From Thermoanaerobaculia bacterium (GTDB lineage Bacteria > Acidobacteriota > Thermoanaerobaculia > Multivoradales > UBA5704), in assembly GCA_044226625.1 (NCBI GenBank), contig JBGAGQ010000030.1, positions 1 to 64,000 of the forward strand: DNA of 64,000 nt, read 5' to 3'. The position numbers and the translations under genes were made by a program. The notes beneath the pieces were generated by a model. It worked only from the letters and a program-made list of their open reading frames with translations, was not told the origin of the DNA and did not search any database. Position 1 is the stretch's first letter; each line of letters opens with the position of its first letter. Below, in pieces: positions 17,416 to 27,384 of the stretch.

Positions 17416-18189
17416 ATGAGACCGCCCGAGATCGTCCGCACGCTCCGCGTCGGCCGGAGCGGCCGGGGAGGCGCGTCCCTATCGCTCCGCCTGGCGACCC
17501 CGGACGGGACGCCGCGCTCCCCCGGCATCCTCTACCTCCACGGTTTCGGCTCGGCCCAGGCGGGAGAGAAAGCCGACTTCTTCCGCGAGCGGGCGCTCGC
17601 CGCGGGCTATCGCTTCGCCTCGTTCGATTTCCGCGGCCATGGCGACTCCGGCGGCAGCCTCCGCGAGCTCACCCTCACCCGCAATCTCGAAGACCTCGAA
17701 GCTGTCCGCGCCGAGCTCGGCTGGGAGCGCTTCGCCCTGATCGGCTCCTCGATGGGCGGAGCGACCGCCCTCTGGTACGCCGCCCAAGATCCGCGCAGGG
17801 TGGCAGCCATCCTGCTGATCGCTCCCGCCCTGGAAATGGAGAAAGGCCTCCTCACCTGGGCCGGCCCCGAACGCACCGAGCGCTGGCGCCGCGAAGGAAC
17901 GATCCGCTTCGACAACGGCTTCGTCCAAACCGACCTCGACTGGAGCCTGATCGAAGACCTGAGGCACTACCCGCGCCAACGCCTCCAGGACGAGCTCCAG
18001 ACTCCGACCCTCATCTTTCAAGGAAGGATGGACGCCTCCGTCCCCTACGCCGACGTCGTCGACTTCGTCGCCCGCTGCCGCTATCGAAAGCTCGAGCTGC
18101 GGTTGTACGCCGACGGCGACCATCGGCTGACGGATCGGAAAGAGGAGTTGTGGAGAGGGATGGCGGAGTGGCTGGGGCGGGTGGGGTGA
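17416..18189 (+). CDS. Alpha/beta hydrolase
   Basis: YLHGFGS, FDFRGHGDS, GSSMGG nucleophile elbow, GDHRL. Confidence 0.88.
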   Translation: MRPPEIVRTLRVGRSGRGGASLSLRLATPDGTPRSPGILYLHGFGSAQAGEKADFFRERALAAGYRFASFDFRGHGDSGGSLRELTLTRNLEDLEAVRAELGWERFALIGSSMGGATALWYAAQDPRRVAAILLIAPALEMEKGLLTWAGPERTERWRREGTIRFDNGFVQTDLDWSLIEDLRHYPRQRLQDELQTPTLIFQGRMDASVPYADVVDFVARCRYRKLELRLYADGDHRLTDRKEELWRGMAEWLGRVG

Positions 18190-18273
18190 AGGGGTGAGAG
18201 GGCGGCCATTGAATACAACGTTGAGCACGTCGCGGGGGGCGGGAGCAGGCGCCGCCCCGCGTCGGGTATTCGT

Positions 18274-18972
18274 TTAGCGGCGCGCCTCCGAACCGAGCCA
18301 CGGCCGGCGGCGGACCCGCCACAACCAATAGAACATCGCGCCAAACGGCAGAAGGATCAGCAGCGAGCGGATCGTTCCCGTGTTCAAGGATTCGGGGAAA
18401 ATTCTCGCCACCCGCGAGCGAATCGAGAAGAACGATCCGGCGGCGATGAAAAGTGCAAAGCACATGCGCCACAGACGGCGCGCGAGGCGCTGGCCGCCAC
18501 GCAGCGAGCCGGACCAAAGGACGCGCGCGTCGCCGATCGCCGCGAAAATCATGACGGCGGCGAGGAAGAGGGACGTCATGCCCACTGTGCGCAAGGGAAC
18601 GCCGCTGGCGCCACGAGCCGTGCTGTGGATGAACCGGACGCCGTTCGCGATCGATCCGAGCGCGAGAACGATCACGCTCGCGAGGGAGGCGGCGTCGACG
18701 CGGCGAATCAAGGGCGACGGGGGACGAACGGTCGTCCACGCCGTGCCGACGAAATAGGCCGCCATGAGGCCCGCCACGACGTTCCCGTCGGTGATGCCAT
18801 GGCGAAGCGCGAGGATCGACCCGCTCGAGCCCATGACGAGCATGGCGCAGAGGAACAGCAGTCCGCTCTTGCGGTGGACCGTTCCGCCCTTGCGGGTCGA
18901 GAGGGCGATCGCGCCGAGAACGATGGCGAGCGCCCCGGCGGCGATGTGGAAAGGTAAGAGGATGTCGCGCAT
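18274..18972 (-). CDS. DUF2306-like membrane protein
   Basis: HIAAG...KGGTVHRKSG...RLARRLWRMCFALFIA; several TM helices. Confidence 0.75.
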   Translation of the reverse strand: MRDILLPFHIAAGALAIVLGAIALSTRKGGTVHRKSGLLFLCAMLVMGSSGSILALRHGITDGNVVAGLMAAYFVGTAWTTVRPPSPLIRRVDAASLASVIVLALGSIANGVRFIHSTARGASGVPLRTVGMTSLFLAAVMIFAAIGDARVLWSGSLRGGQRLARRLWRMCFALFIAAGSFFSIRSRVARIFPESLNTGTIRSLLILLPFGAMFYWLWRVRRRPWLGSEARR

Positions 18973-19033
18973 CGTGCGGCCTCCAAACGCGTCTAGGGCA
19001 ATCTTTCGGGACCGCGATCCTGCGGAAACCCAG

Positions 19034-19072
19034 CTGAACCGAATCTGAACGCCCCGTTCAGCGGACGTTCAG
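19034..19072. promoter_or_regulatory. OmpR/PhoB-type binding array between divergent genes
   Basis: CTGAAC at 19034 and 19045, GTTCAG at 19056 and 19067: four half-sites at exact 11-bp period. Confidence 0.65.
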
Positions 19073-19141
19073 CCGGCGCGCTCTACGCTGTCGGCACGAA
19101 CCGAACCTCGCTTTCGTCCACTCGTCTAAGGAAACACTACG

Positions 19142-19555
19142 ATGAAGAACAGCCTCCTATTACGCGTCATGTCCCTGCTAACGCTCTTCCTGGTGCTGTT
19201 GCACCTGGCGGACGACATCGTTCGCGGATTCGAGAAGGGAGTGCCCGCCAACCTCCTCGCGGTGCCCATCGCGGTTCTCTGGCTCTACGCAACGCTGGTG
19301 CTCGCCGAGCGGCGATCCGGCTACGTCATCGTCTTCCTAGGATCGCTTCTCGGAGCCTACGTTCCCTACATCCATTTCAATTTGAAAGGAGGCGCCCTCG
19401 GCCACGGAGTTGCGGGGTCGAGCAGCGCCTTGCTCTGGGTCTTTACGCTGATCGCCCTTGGGGTCAGCGCGCTCTTCTCTGCCCTGCTCTCCGCGCAGGG
19501 GTTGTGGACGCTCGAGCGGAGCCGGTCCCGGAAACCGGCGCTCGGGAGCTCTTGA
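19142..19555 (+). CDS. Small four-TM membrane protein
   Basis: RBS AAGGA; hydrophobic helices; HLADDIVRG. Confidence 0.7.
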   Translation: MKNSLLLRVMSLLTLFLVLLHLADDIVRGFEKGVPANLLAVPIAVLWLYATLVLAERRSGYVIVFLGSLLGAYVPYIHFNLKGGALGHGVAGSSSALLWVFTLIALGVSALFSALLSAQGLWTLERSRSRKPALGSS

Positions 19556-19654
19556 GATCGGCGCCGGGCTCACCGCGCGGGAGCCGAACGCGGCGGCGGC
19601 TCGCCCCTGAGCCGGATTCCGTGGTCGAATCCCCTCGATCGAGCACGGTCAAGC

Positions 19655-20344
19655 ATGAGAGTCTTGGTCATCGAAGATGAGTCGCTGCTGGCCGATCGGC
19701 TGGCCGCCACGCTCGGAAAGCGCGGGTATGCGGTGGACCTCGCGGCGGACGGAGAGCGTGGCGACTTTCTCGTCGCCACCGAACCGTACGACGTGGTGAT
19801 TCTCGATCTCGGCCTACCGAAGGTCGATGGGTTGACGCTGCTCGAACGCTGGCGCGCCCACGGAATCACGGTGCCGGTGCTGATACTCACCGCCCGCGGA
19901 ACCTGGAGCGAGAAGGTCCGCGGCATCGACGGCGGCGCGGACGACTACCTGACCAAGCCCTTCCGGATGGAGGAGCTGCTGGCTCGGCTGCGCGCTCTGA
20001 TCCGGCGCGCGTGCGGCCAGCTTAACCCTGAGCTGCGCCACGGCGGTTTGGCGCTGGATCCGCGAACGTCCCAGGTCACTCTCGATGGCCAACCGGTGAA
20101 ACTGACCGGCCACGAGCTTCGCGTGCTCTCCTATCTCCTGCACCATCGCGACCGCGTCGTTTCACAGGCAGAGCTCGTCGAGCACATCTACGCGCAAACC
20201 TTCGACCGCGACTCGAACACCGTCGAGGTGTTCATCGCCCGGCTTCGAAGGAAGCTCGGCGCCGAAACGATCGAAACCGTGCGCGGGCTCGGTTATCGCA
20301 TGGGGCGAACGGGGTGCGCTGGGCACAGCGGGACGCAATCGTGA
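19655..20344 (+). CDS. OmpR-family response regulator
   Basis: VLVIEDE, ILDLGLP, GADDYLTKPF, SNTVEVFIARLRRKL, ETVRGLGY. Confidence 0.95.
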   Translation: MRVLVIEDESLLADRLAATLGKRGYAVDLAADGERGDFLVATEPYDVVILDLGLPKVDGLTLLERWRAHGITVPVLILTARGTWSEKVRGIDGGADDYLTKPFRMEELLARLRALIRRACGQLNPELRHGGLALDPRTSQVTLDGQPVKLTGHELRVLSYLLHHRDRVVSQAELVEHIYAQTFDRDSNTVEVFIARLRRKLGAETIETVRGLGYRMGRTGCAGHSGTQS

Positions 20345-21327
20345 AGGGCTCGCTCCGAGCGCGGCTGTTCGTCGGAGCGGTCGTCTGGATGACCGCGGTC
20401 TTCGTCACGGTCACAGCTCTACTGCTCAAGCTCGCGCGGAATCATCCCGAGCTCGGGCTGCACGGCGCGACCTACCACGTCGTGATGGCAATCTTCGTCG
20501 TCGCTTTCGTCGTGGGGGGCCTGTTCCTCGTTCGCAGGGCCGTGGCTCCGCTGGCGAGCCTTCGCGCCAGCCTGTCGTCGGTACGCGAAGGACGCAGTCG
20601 GCAGATCGAAGGCGACCATCCGACGGAAGTGCAGCCATTGGTGGACGACCTGAATGGGCTGCTCGAAGATCGTGAGCGCGCCATCGCCCGAGCCCTCGCG
20701 ACGGCTGGAGATCTCGCGCACGGATTGAAGACGCCGCTCGCCGTGCTCGCTCAGGAAGCGGAACAGGCCGCCGTCATGGGCCATCACGATCTCGCGGCGA
20801 CGCTCGGCCAACAGGTCGAGCGGATGCAGCGGCAGGTCGATTACCACTTGGCCCGGGCTCGCGCTTCCGCATCGGCGCGCGCCGCGCCGGGGTTCCGATG
20901 CTCCGTCCTACCTTCCGTCGAGGGTCTGGTGCGCACGATGCGGCGCCTCTATGCGGAGCGCAAGCTCGGTATCGACGTGGACGTCTCGTCGGCGCACGAG
21001 ATTCGCGGCCGCAGAGAAGACCTCGACGAGATGCTGGGGAACCTGCTCGACAACGCGTGCAAGTGGGCGCGCTGCCAAGTCGCCATTTCATCCTCCATCA
21101 GAGAGGAGCAGCTCTCGATCGCGGTGGACGACGATGGTCCCGGCCTCGATCCGTCCCTGCGCGCCCAGGTGTTCGAACGAGGGGTGCGAGCCGATCAGAG
21201 GGTACGCGGATCGGGCCTCGGGCTCGCGATCGTCAGCGACCTCGCCGAGCTCCACGGCGGCTCGATTGCGCTCGAACCCTCGCCGCTCGGAGGGACCCGC
21301 GCGCGGCTGGATCTGCCTCGGCCCTGA
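20341..21327 (+). CDS. Sensor histidine kinase (PhoQ/FeuQ-like, minimal extracytoplasmic loop)
   Basis: DLAHGLKTPL, GNLLDNACKW, DDDGPG, GSGLGLAIV; GTGA overlap with the regulator stop. Confidence 0.92.
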   Translation: MKGSLRARLFVGAVVWMTAVFVTVTALLLKLARNHPELGLHGATYHVVMAIFVVAFVVGGLFLVRRAVAPLASLRASLSSVREGRSRQIEGDHPTEVQPLVDDLNGLLEDRERAIARALATAGDLAHGLKTPLAVLAQEAEQAAVMGHHDLAATLGQQVERMQRQVDYHLARARASASARAAPGFRCSVLPSVEGLVRTMRRLYAERKLGIDVDVSSAHEIRGRREDLDEMLGNLLDNACKWARCQVAISSSIREEQLSIAVDDDGPGLDPSLRAQVFERGVRADQRVRGSGLGLAIVSDLAELHGGSIALEPSPLGGTRARLDLPRP

Positions 21328-21345
21328 GCACGTTTTGTCCGTGCG

Positions 21346-23373
21346 CTACTCGAAATACCCGGCGACGTCGACGATCAATTGGGCTCCCCCACCGCCCGCC
21401 ACGAACGGCCGAACGGCCAGCGATCCTTGGCTGTCGGTCGAGAGTTGCAGGATCGCGTTGTTGGTGCGGGTCTGGCCGGCGCTCCAGTTGAGGGTGGCGA
21501 CCGTCGAAGGGGTCTGATTGCCCGGATAAAACGTGACGAAGCCCGAGCCGCTCGCTCCGGTTACGGTGACGTTCGCCGCCACCGCGACCGCGCTCGCCGG
21601 AACGCCGCAGACGCCCCGGAGCGCGAGCACCTCGGGCACGCCCGAAAGAAGCGATGGAGGGGACTGGCGCGTGTCGAGGACCCGGCACGGAGGGAGGGCG
21701 AAGAACTTCCCCGTGGACGCCGGCGGCGCGGCGCACTCCGGCATTCGGATCGAAGCGATCCGGGTGTCCCAGTTGTTGCTCGCGGCGATTTCCCCCGTGT
21801 ACCAGAAGGTGCAGCCGTCGACCGGGTCGACGGTCATCGCCGCGTAGTCGCCACTCCGTTCGGAGTTGATCCCGCCGGTTCCCGGGAAGACCACCGTCTC
21901 GCCGAGCGGCAAGGTCCCGACGGGATCGCTCGCTCGGCGGGCCGAGAAGTGCACGCTTGGCGGGTAGGAGGCGCTCGCGGCGTTCGCGATAATCGCCACG
22001 TCGCCCGCGCGATCCTCGGCGATCGCGCCGATCCAGCGGTGGCTTCCGGCCGCACCGAGGTTCCCCTCTTGAAACAGAGACCAGGCGAGGTTGCCGGAGC
22101 GGCGCAGCTCGAACCAGCGTAGCGCCGCGCGATCGGTCGCGTCGGCATCGACGGTGAAGTTTCCGAGCAGCGTCTCCATCCCCGGATCGGAGCGGTAGAC
22201 CAAGCGGTAGGTAATCCAGAACTGGACCGCCCAGAGCTTGCGAGCCGCGACCGGCTGCGGGATGCAAGGGGTGAGCGCCGTGCCGCAAAGGGAAGAATCG
22301 AATTCGGAGACGGCAACCCGCGAGGGTCCGACCAAAGCGGAATTCGAGGCGTTTCCGAAGTCGGCCTGGATCGTCCAGAGATCGAGGAAGTCGCGCGCGG
22401 GATCCGCGCTGGCGCCGTCGTGCAGCTCGTCGTCGTGATGGCGCGCGAGATAGCCGAGCGTGCCGCGAGGCGGTGGCGGACCGTCGAGATCGGCCGGGGT
22501 GAGCGCCTGGAAGCCGAAGCCGGCGAGTCCCGGCAGGGCCCAGCGCTGGGCCACCGCCGGACTACCGGCGAGCATCCTTCGCCGGTCGAGCGCCCAGACC
22601 GCCGAGCCATGAAAGCCGGACGTATGCTCGTTCGTGGTCATCCAGTAGGCGTCGGGCCATACGGCGATCTTCGGAAAATCGGGCAGTGCCGGTGCGTCGA
22701 CCCGGTAGTGGGTATACGGCCCCTGGGTGGGATCGCTGCCATTCGAAAGATAGAGGCAGATGCTCATGAAATCGCCGCCGATCTCGGCCAACAGCCAGCG
22801 CCCCGCGAGGTGGTCGTAAATCACGATCGGGTCGCCGTACGCCATCGCGCACGGCCCCGTGCCGAGCAAGCCAAGCCGGGTCGGTCCGGACACGAGCGCG
22901 CCGGTCGCCTTGTCGAAAACGACGAGGAGCGAGCCGGTCGGGGAGTTCACCATCTGGACGTAATGCGCGGGGCCGGCGTCGCCGACCGTGTCGGGTGGAT
23001 GGATGCCCGAGTACCCTTGCCCGGGAAACGATCCGGCCAACGTGCGGCCCGCACCCGCGAAGACCGGTTCCGCGCCCTCGGCACGGGCAGCGTCCATCGA
23101 AGCCGCCGCGGCGTCACGGGAGCGCGGAACGGCGATCTCGCGGAAGCGCTCCTCGTCGTTCCCCTGCTGTAGCTCGAACTCCGGATCGCCGGGCCGCCAG
23201 GCTTTGGCGACCGGCAGGTCTCTCAAATCGCCGGTCCATTCGGAGCGACTCATCGTCTGGACGCTCGCCGGCCGGAGCTCCGCGGACGCGCCATCCGCTC
23301 CGGCGGCGCGCTGGGCCGAAACGGCGCCCAAGAGCAGTGCCGCGCAACCCAGTCGAGCCGCAGTTCGCCTCAT
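21346..23373 (-). CDS. Secreted beta-rich protein with C-terminal PCRVLDTR...VDVAGYF domain
   Basis: Signal peptide; PPDTVGDAGPAHYVQMVN, GDPIVIYD, DFPKIAVWPDAY, GDYAAMTVDPVDGCTFWY. Confidence 0.8.
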   Translation of the reverse strand: MRRTAARLGCAALLLGAVSAQRAAGADGASAELRPASVQTMSRSEWTGDLRDLPVAKAWRPGDPEFELQQGNDEERFREIAVPRSRDAAAASMDAARAEGAEPVFAGAGRTLAGSFPGQGYSGIHPPDTVGDAGPAHYVQMVNSPTGSLLVVFDKATGALVSGPTRLGLLGTGPCAMAYGDPIVIYDHLAGRWLLAEIGGDFMSICLYLSNGSDPTQGPYTHYRVDAPALPDFPKIAVWPDAYWMTTNEHTSGFHGSAVWALDRRRMLAGSPAVAQRWALPGLAGFGFQALTPADLDGPPPPRGTLGYLARHHDDELHDGASADPARDFLDLWTIQADFGNASNSALVGPSRVAVSEFDSSLCGTALTPCIPQPVAARKLWAVQFWITYRLVYRSDPGMETLLGNFTVDADATDRAALRWFELRRSGNLAWSLFQEGNLGAAGSHRWIGAIAEDRAGDVAIIANAASASYPPSVHFSARRASDPVGTLPLGETVVFPGTGGINSERSGDYAAMTVDPVDGCTFWYTGEIAASNNWDTRIASIRMPECAAPPASTGKFFALPPCRVLDTRQSPPSLLSGVPEVLALRGVCGVPASAVAVAANVTVTGASGSGFVTFYPGNQTPSTVATLNWSAGQTRTNNAILQLSTDSQGSLAVRPFVAGGGGAQLIVDVAGYFE

Positions 23374-23477
23374 GTCCCCCCCTGGCCTTTCTTCGCGTTC
23401 GTCGCTAAATCGATTCTACGGAGAGCGCGATCGAGACGTTTCTCGCCACGAGAAAGGAGAGGAGTAAGCTCCGCGCC

Positions 23478-25130
23478 ATGAAATTCCTTTCGCGCCTCGT
23501 CCTCCTCGCCACGCTCGGCCTGCTGTCCGTCCCCTCCTTTGCGCAAGGTGCCGCCAACGCGGGAACCGCGGGTGGCGCCTCGGCGGGCAAAGTGGCGTTC
23601 GCCAACTCCGGCTCGCCCCCCGCGCAAGAGCGGTTTCTCTACGGCCTCGCCCAGCTGCACAACTTCGAGTACGAGCGGGCCGCCGAGGCGTTCCGCGCCG
23701 CGCAGGCGATCGACCCCGGGTTCGCCATGGCCTACTGGGGCGAGGCGATGACGTACAACCATCCGATCTGGATGGAGCAGGACCTGCCGGCCGCGAGAGC
23801 CGTCCTGGCGAAGCTCGGCGCGAGCCCCGAGGAGCGAGCGAAGAAGGCGCCGACCGAGCGCGAGAAGGGATATCTCGCGGCGCTGGAAGTCCTTTACGGC
23901 GAGGGAGAGAAAGAGGAACGCGACGTCCGATACGAAGCGGCGATGGCCGAGCTCTCGCAGCGCTTTCCCTCCGACCCGGACGCCGCGGCGTTTCATGCCC
24001 TGTCGATTCTCGGCACCGCCCACGCCGGCCGGGACGTGGCGACCTACATGCGCTCCGCCGCGATCCTCGAGGAGTGGCTGCCGAGCCTTCCCAACCACCC
24101 GGGGATCCTCCACTACCTGATCCACTCGTACGACGACCCGGCCCACGCACCCCTTGGGCTCCGGGCGGCGCGACGCTACGGCAAGGTCGCGCCCGACGCG
24201 CCTCACGCGCTGCACATGACGTCGCACATCTTCCTCGCGCTCGGGGACTGGGACGGCGTGGTCTCGGCGAACGAAGCCGCCTCCGCGGCGGCGACCAAAA
24301 TTCGCGAGGGTCATGGCCAGCACGGCCGGGGATGCGGTCACTATCCGTTCTGGCTCGCCTACGGCTACCAGGAGCAGGGGCGGTTCGACGCCGCGCGGCG
24401 GATCCTCGAAGCGTGCCGGGCCGAGGCGGCCTCCGACCACGCCCAAGGGGAGAAGGATCCCGGGTACGACCCCGACCGCTCGTCGCTCGGCTCGTATGTC
24501 GCGATGTGGACGCGATACCTGATCGACAGCGAGGACTTCAGCGGCGAGGTCGCCTCGTGGACGATCGACCCGGGGCCGCGGGCGACGACCCGGCTCAACC
24601 TCGCGTTCGCTCGCGCCTACGCGGCGGCTCGCCGAAAGGACCTTGCGACTTTCAAAGTGGAGATGGAGAGATTCGGAGCGGCGAAACGGGAGTTCGACCA
24701 GCAGTTCACGTCCGAGAATCCGACCGATCAGGCACCCAGCCAGCGTGTGGCGACGTTGATGCTGGAGATGTCCGGTTTGGCCGCGGCGCTGGAAGGGGAC
24801 GCCCTCAAAGCCAAGAATCGCCTGAGGGCCGCAACCCAGGCCGAAACGCTGATGCCGGTCGACTTCGGTCCGCCGACCGTCGACAAGCCCGCCTACGAGT
24901 TGCTCGGCGAATGGCTCCTCGAAAATGGCGAGGCGCGCGAAGCGAAAGAGGCGTTCGAGAGCGCGCTCGCGCGGACGCCGCGGCGAACCGCGTCCCTTCT
25001 CGGGCTCGCGCGGGCGTCCGATCAACTGGGAGACGAGGAGACGGCCGCGAAGGCGCGGAGAGAGCTGCGCGAGATCTGGCGGAACGCCGACCGGGTGCCG
25101 AAAGAGATCTCGACACCCCGGCCGAAATAG
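23478..25130 (+). CDS. Secreted TPR-repeat protein
   Basis: Signal peptide; GLAQLHNFEY..A...F..AQAIDPGFAMAYWGEAM; HYLIHSYD; HALHMTSHIF. Confidence 0.85.
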   Translation: MKFLSRLVLLATLGLLSVPSFAQGAANAGTAGGASAGKVAFANSGSPPAQERFLYGLAQLHNFEYERAAEAFRAAQAIDPGFAMAYWGEAMTYNHPIWMEQDLPAARAVLAKLGASPEERAKKAPTEREKGYLAALEVLYGEGEKEERDVRYEAAMAELSQRFPSDPDAAAFHALSILGTAHAGRDVATYMRSAAILEEWLPSLPNHPGILHYLIHSYDDPAHAPLGLRAARRYGKVAPDAPHALHMTSHIFLALGDWDGVVSANEAASAAATKIREGHGQHGRGCGHYPFWLAYGYQEQGRFDAARRILEACRAEAASDHAQGEKDPGYDPDRSSLGSYVAMWTRYLIDSEDFSGEVASWTIDPGPRATTRLNLAFARAYAAARRKDLATFKVEMERFGAAKREFDQQFTSENPTDQAPSQRVATLMLEMSGLAAALEGDALKAKNRLRAATQAETLMPVDFGPPTVDKPAYELLGEWLLENGEAREAKEAFESALARTPRRTASLLGLARASDQLGDEETAAKARRELREIWRNADRVPKEISTPRPK

Positions 25131-25225
25131 TCCCGTCGCGGCGAGGTCGACGGCGGTCCGGAGGCGGAGTTTCGAACGCAAGATTCGGAGTGCGGAGCCC
25201 CGGGGGCGATCTCTACGATCCCTCC

Positions 25226-25909
25226 ATGCACAAGAAACTCGATCCCGCGATCCTCTACTTCGGCACCCCCGTCGTCCTGGTCTCGACCCTGAACGAAGAC
25301 GGCAGCGCGAACCTCGCGCCGATCTCCTCGGCCTGGTGGCTCGGCTGGAACTGCATGCTCGGCTTCGGCGCCCGCTCGCACACGCCGCAGAACCTGTTGC
25401 GCACGGGCGAGTGCGTGCTCAACCTCCCCTCGGTCGACCTGGTCTCCCACGTCGACCGCCTCGCCCGGACGACCGGCTCCGACCCGGTGCCGCCGCACAA
25501 GGTCGCGATGGGCTACCGGCACGAGCGGGACAAGTTCGGCATCGCGGGGCTCACCGCCGTGCCCTCCGAACTCGTCGCGCCGCCGCGCGCGGCCGAATGC
25601 CCGGTGCAGCTCGAAGCGAAGCTCACCGCGGCGCATCCGGTGGGCGACCGCGATCCGAATCAACCGGCGACGCTCGTCGCGATCGAAGTCCGGATCGAGC
25701 GCGTACACGTCGCGGAAGAGATCCTGATGGAAGGACATGAGAATCGGATCGATCCCACGCGGTGGCGCCCGCTGATCATGAGCTTCTGCCAGTTCTTCGG
25801 GCTCGGCTCCCAGGTCCATCCCTCCCGCCTCGCCGAGATTCCGGAATCGATCTACGCCCCACCCCGGGTGCGCCAGGCGTGGACGACCGAAAGCCGCGAG
25901 GCGCGTTGA
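25226..25909 (+). CDS. Flavin reductase-like FMN-binding protein
   Basis: PAILYFGTPVVLVST..DGSANLAPISS, GECVLNLP, ECPVQLE. Confidence 0.9.
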   Translation: MHKKLDPAILYFGTPVVLVSTLNEDGSANLAPISSAWWLGWNCMLGFGARSHTPQNLLRTGECVLNLPSVDLVSHVDRLARTTGSDPVPPHKVAMGYRHERDKFGIAGLTAVPSELVAPPRAAECPVQLEAKLTAAHPVGDRDPNQPATLVAIEVRIERVHVAEEILMEGHENRIDPTRWRPLIMSFCQFFGLGSQVHPSRLAEIPESIYAPPRVRQAWTTESREAR

Positions 25910-25965
25910 CGTAGTAAGGTCTCCTCCGGAGGATCGACCGCGGCGTCCCGCCGCGCGAGGTGATC

Positions 25966-26532
25966 ATGAGACGAATCGAACGAAACGCCCTGACCTTGGC
26001 CGCTTCGCTTTGCTCGCTCCTGCTTGCGGCGGCCGGCTGCAACCACCCCGACGTCCAGAAACAGACCCGCCAGGCCGGAGAAGCGATCAAGGCCGCCGGC
26101 AAAGAGACCGGAGAAGCGGTCCAGGCGGCCGGCGAGGCCGCGGCCGCCGAGACGAAGGCCGCCGTCGATCGGGCCGGTGACGCGCTCCAAGAGGCCGGAG
26201 AGGAGGCCAAGGGGAAACTCCGCGAAGCGGGTCGCGAGGCCGAAGAGAGCGCGAAGCAGGCGGGCAAGAAGATCGGAGCCGCGGCGGAGCAAGCGGGAGA
26301 GAACGCGAAGAGAACGGTTTCCGACGCCGCGATCACGGCTTCGATCAAGGCCAAGCTGATCGCCAACGCCGACGTGAAAGGCGTGGAGATCGACGTGGAC
26401 ACCACCGGCGCCCGCGTGACCCTGCGCGGAACGGCGAAGACTGCCGCCCAACGCGACGAGGCGGAAAGAATTGCCCGCAGCACCGAAGGCGTCCTCTCGG
26501 TCGACAATCGAATCGTCGTCGGCGCGAAGTAG
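25966..26532 (+). CDS. BON-domain lipoprotein
   Basis: Lipobox-like AAGC; Ala/Glu/Lys-rich linker; SDAAITASIKAKL...IDVDT...VTLRG...GVLSVDN. Confidence 0.88.
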   Translation: MRRIERNALTLAASLCSLLLAAAGCNHPDVQKQTRQAGEAIKAAGKETGEAVQAAGEAAAAETKAAVDRAGDALQEAGEEAKGKLREAGREAEESAKQAGKKIGAAAEQAGENAKRTVSDAAITASIKAKLIANADVKGVEIDVDTTGARVTLRGTAKTAAQRDEAERIARSTEGVLSVDNRIVVGAK

Positions 26533-26728
26533 AGCCCCGTTTCCTCCGGTTTTTGAACGGTCCCCGCGGGATGCATCGGGTACCGGTCGTGACGAATCCG
26601 CGCCGTCGATCGCGTTGAAACGATCGGCTGGCACAGCGGCTTGGTTCTTGCACAAAGGGCCGCCCGGATCGTTCCACGGACCCTTCCGTGGGCGACTTGG
26701 ATCGAATGACGACCCGGAGGAAACTCTC

Positions 26729-27238
26729 ATGAACAGCAAATGGATCACGATTCCCGCGCTCGCCCTGATGTGTGTCGTCGGGGGAGCCTGCAACCGAGCG
26801 GACGTCCAGGAACAGAACGCCGAGGCCGGCGAAGCGATCAAGTCCGCCGGTGAGGAAACCGGAGAAGCCGTCGCCACCGCCGGCCAGGCGGCCGCGGACG
26901 AAACGAAAGAAGCGACCGCGAACGCGGGCGAGGCCGCGGAACGCGCCGGAGAGGACATCCAGAACGCGGCGGACGAGGCCGGCGAGAAGGCCAAGGCCGC
27001 AGGTGAAAACGCCGAAGCGAAGCTCGACGACGCGGGCATCACGGCCAAGGTGAAAGCGAAGCTGCTCGCCGATCCGGAGGTCAAGGGGCTCGCGATCGAC
27101 GTCGACACCAAGGACGGCCGGGTCACCCTCTCGGGCACCGCGAAGACCAGCTCCGAGAAGGACGAGGCGGAGAAGCTCGCCAGTCACACCGACGGCGTGG
27201 TCTCGGTCGACAACCAGATCGTGGTCTCCGGCAAGTAA
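26729..27238 (+). CDS. BON-domain lipoprotein (paralog of the upstream gene)
   Basis: RBS GGAGG; GGAC lipobox-like; DDAGITAKVKAKL...IDVDT...GVVSVDNQI. Confidence 0.88.
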   Translation: MNSKWITIPALALMCVVGGACNRADVQEQNAEAGEAIKSAGEETGEAVATAGQAAADETKEATANAGEAAERAGEDIQNAADEAGEKAKAAGENAEAKLDDAGITAKVKAKLLADPEVKGLAIDVDTKDGRVTLSGTAKTSSEKDEAEKLASHTDGVVSVDNQIVVSGK

Positions 27239-27262
27239 GCCGGCTTCCAATCCAAGTCGGGT

Positions 27263-27292
27263 GGGGACGCCGGACGTCGCGGCGTCCCCTTT
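27263..27292 (+). terminator. Intrinsic terminator
   Basis: GGGGACGCCG-loop-CGGCGTCCCC-TTT after the BON gene. Confidence 0.6.
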
Positions 27293-27384
27293 CGCCCCTC
27301 GGGGGCTTCCGTTCGCCCCAGCTCTCGCGCAGAGCGTACCTCCGGCCCCGACGCGGCGCCGCCTTCTAACGTAGAGATCGATCG

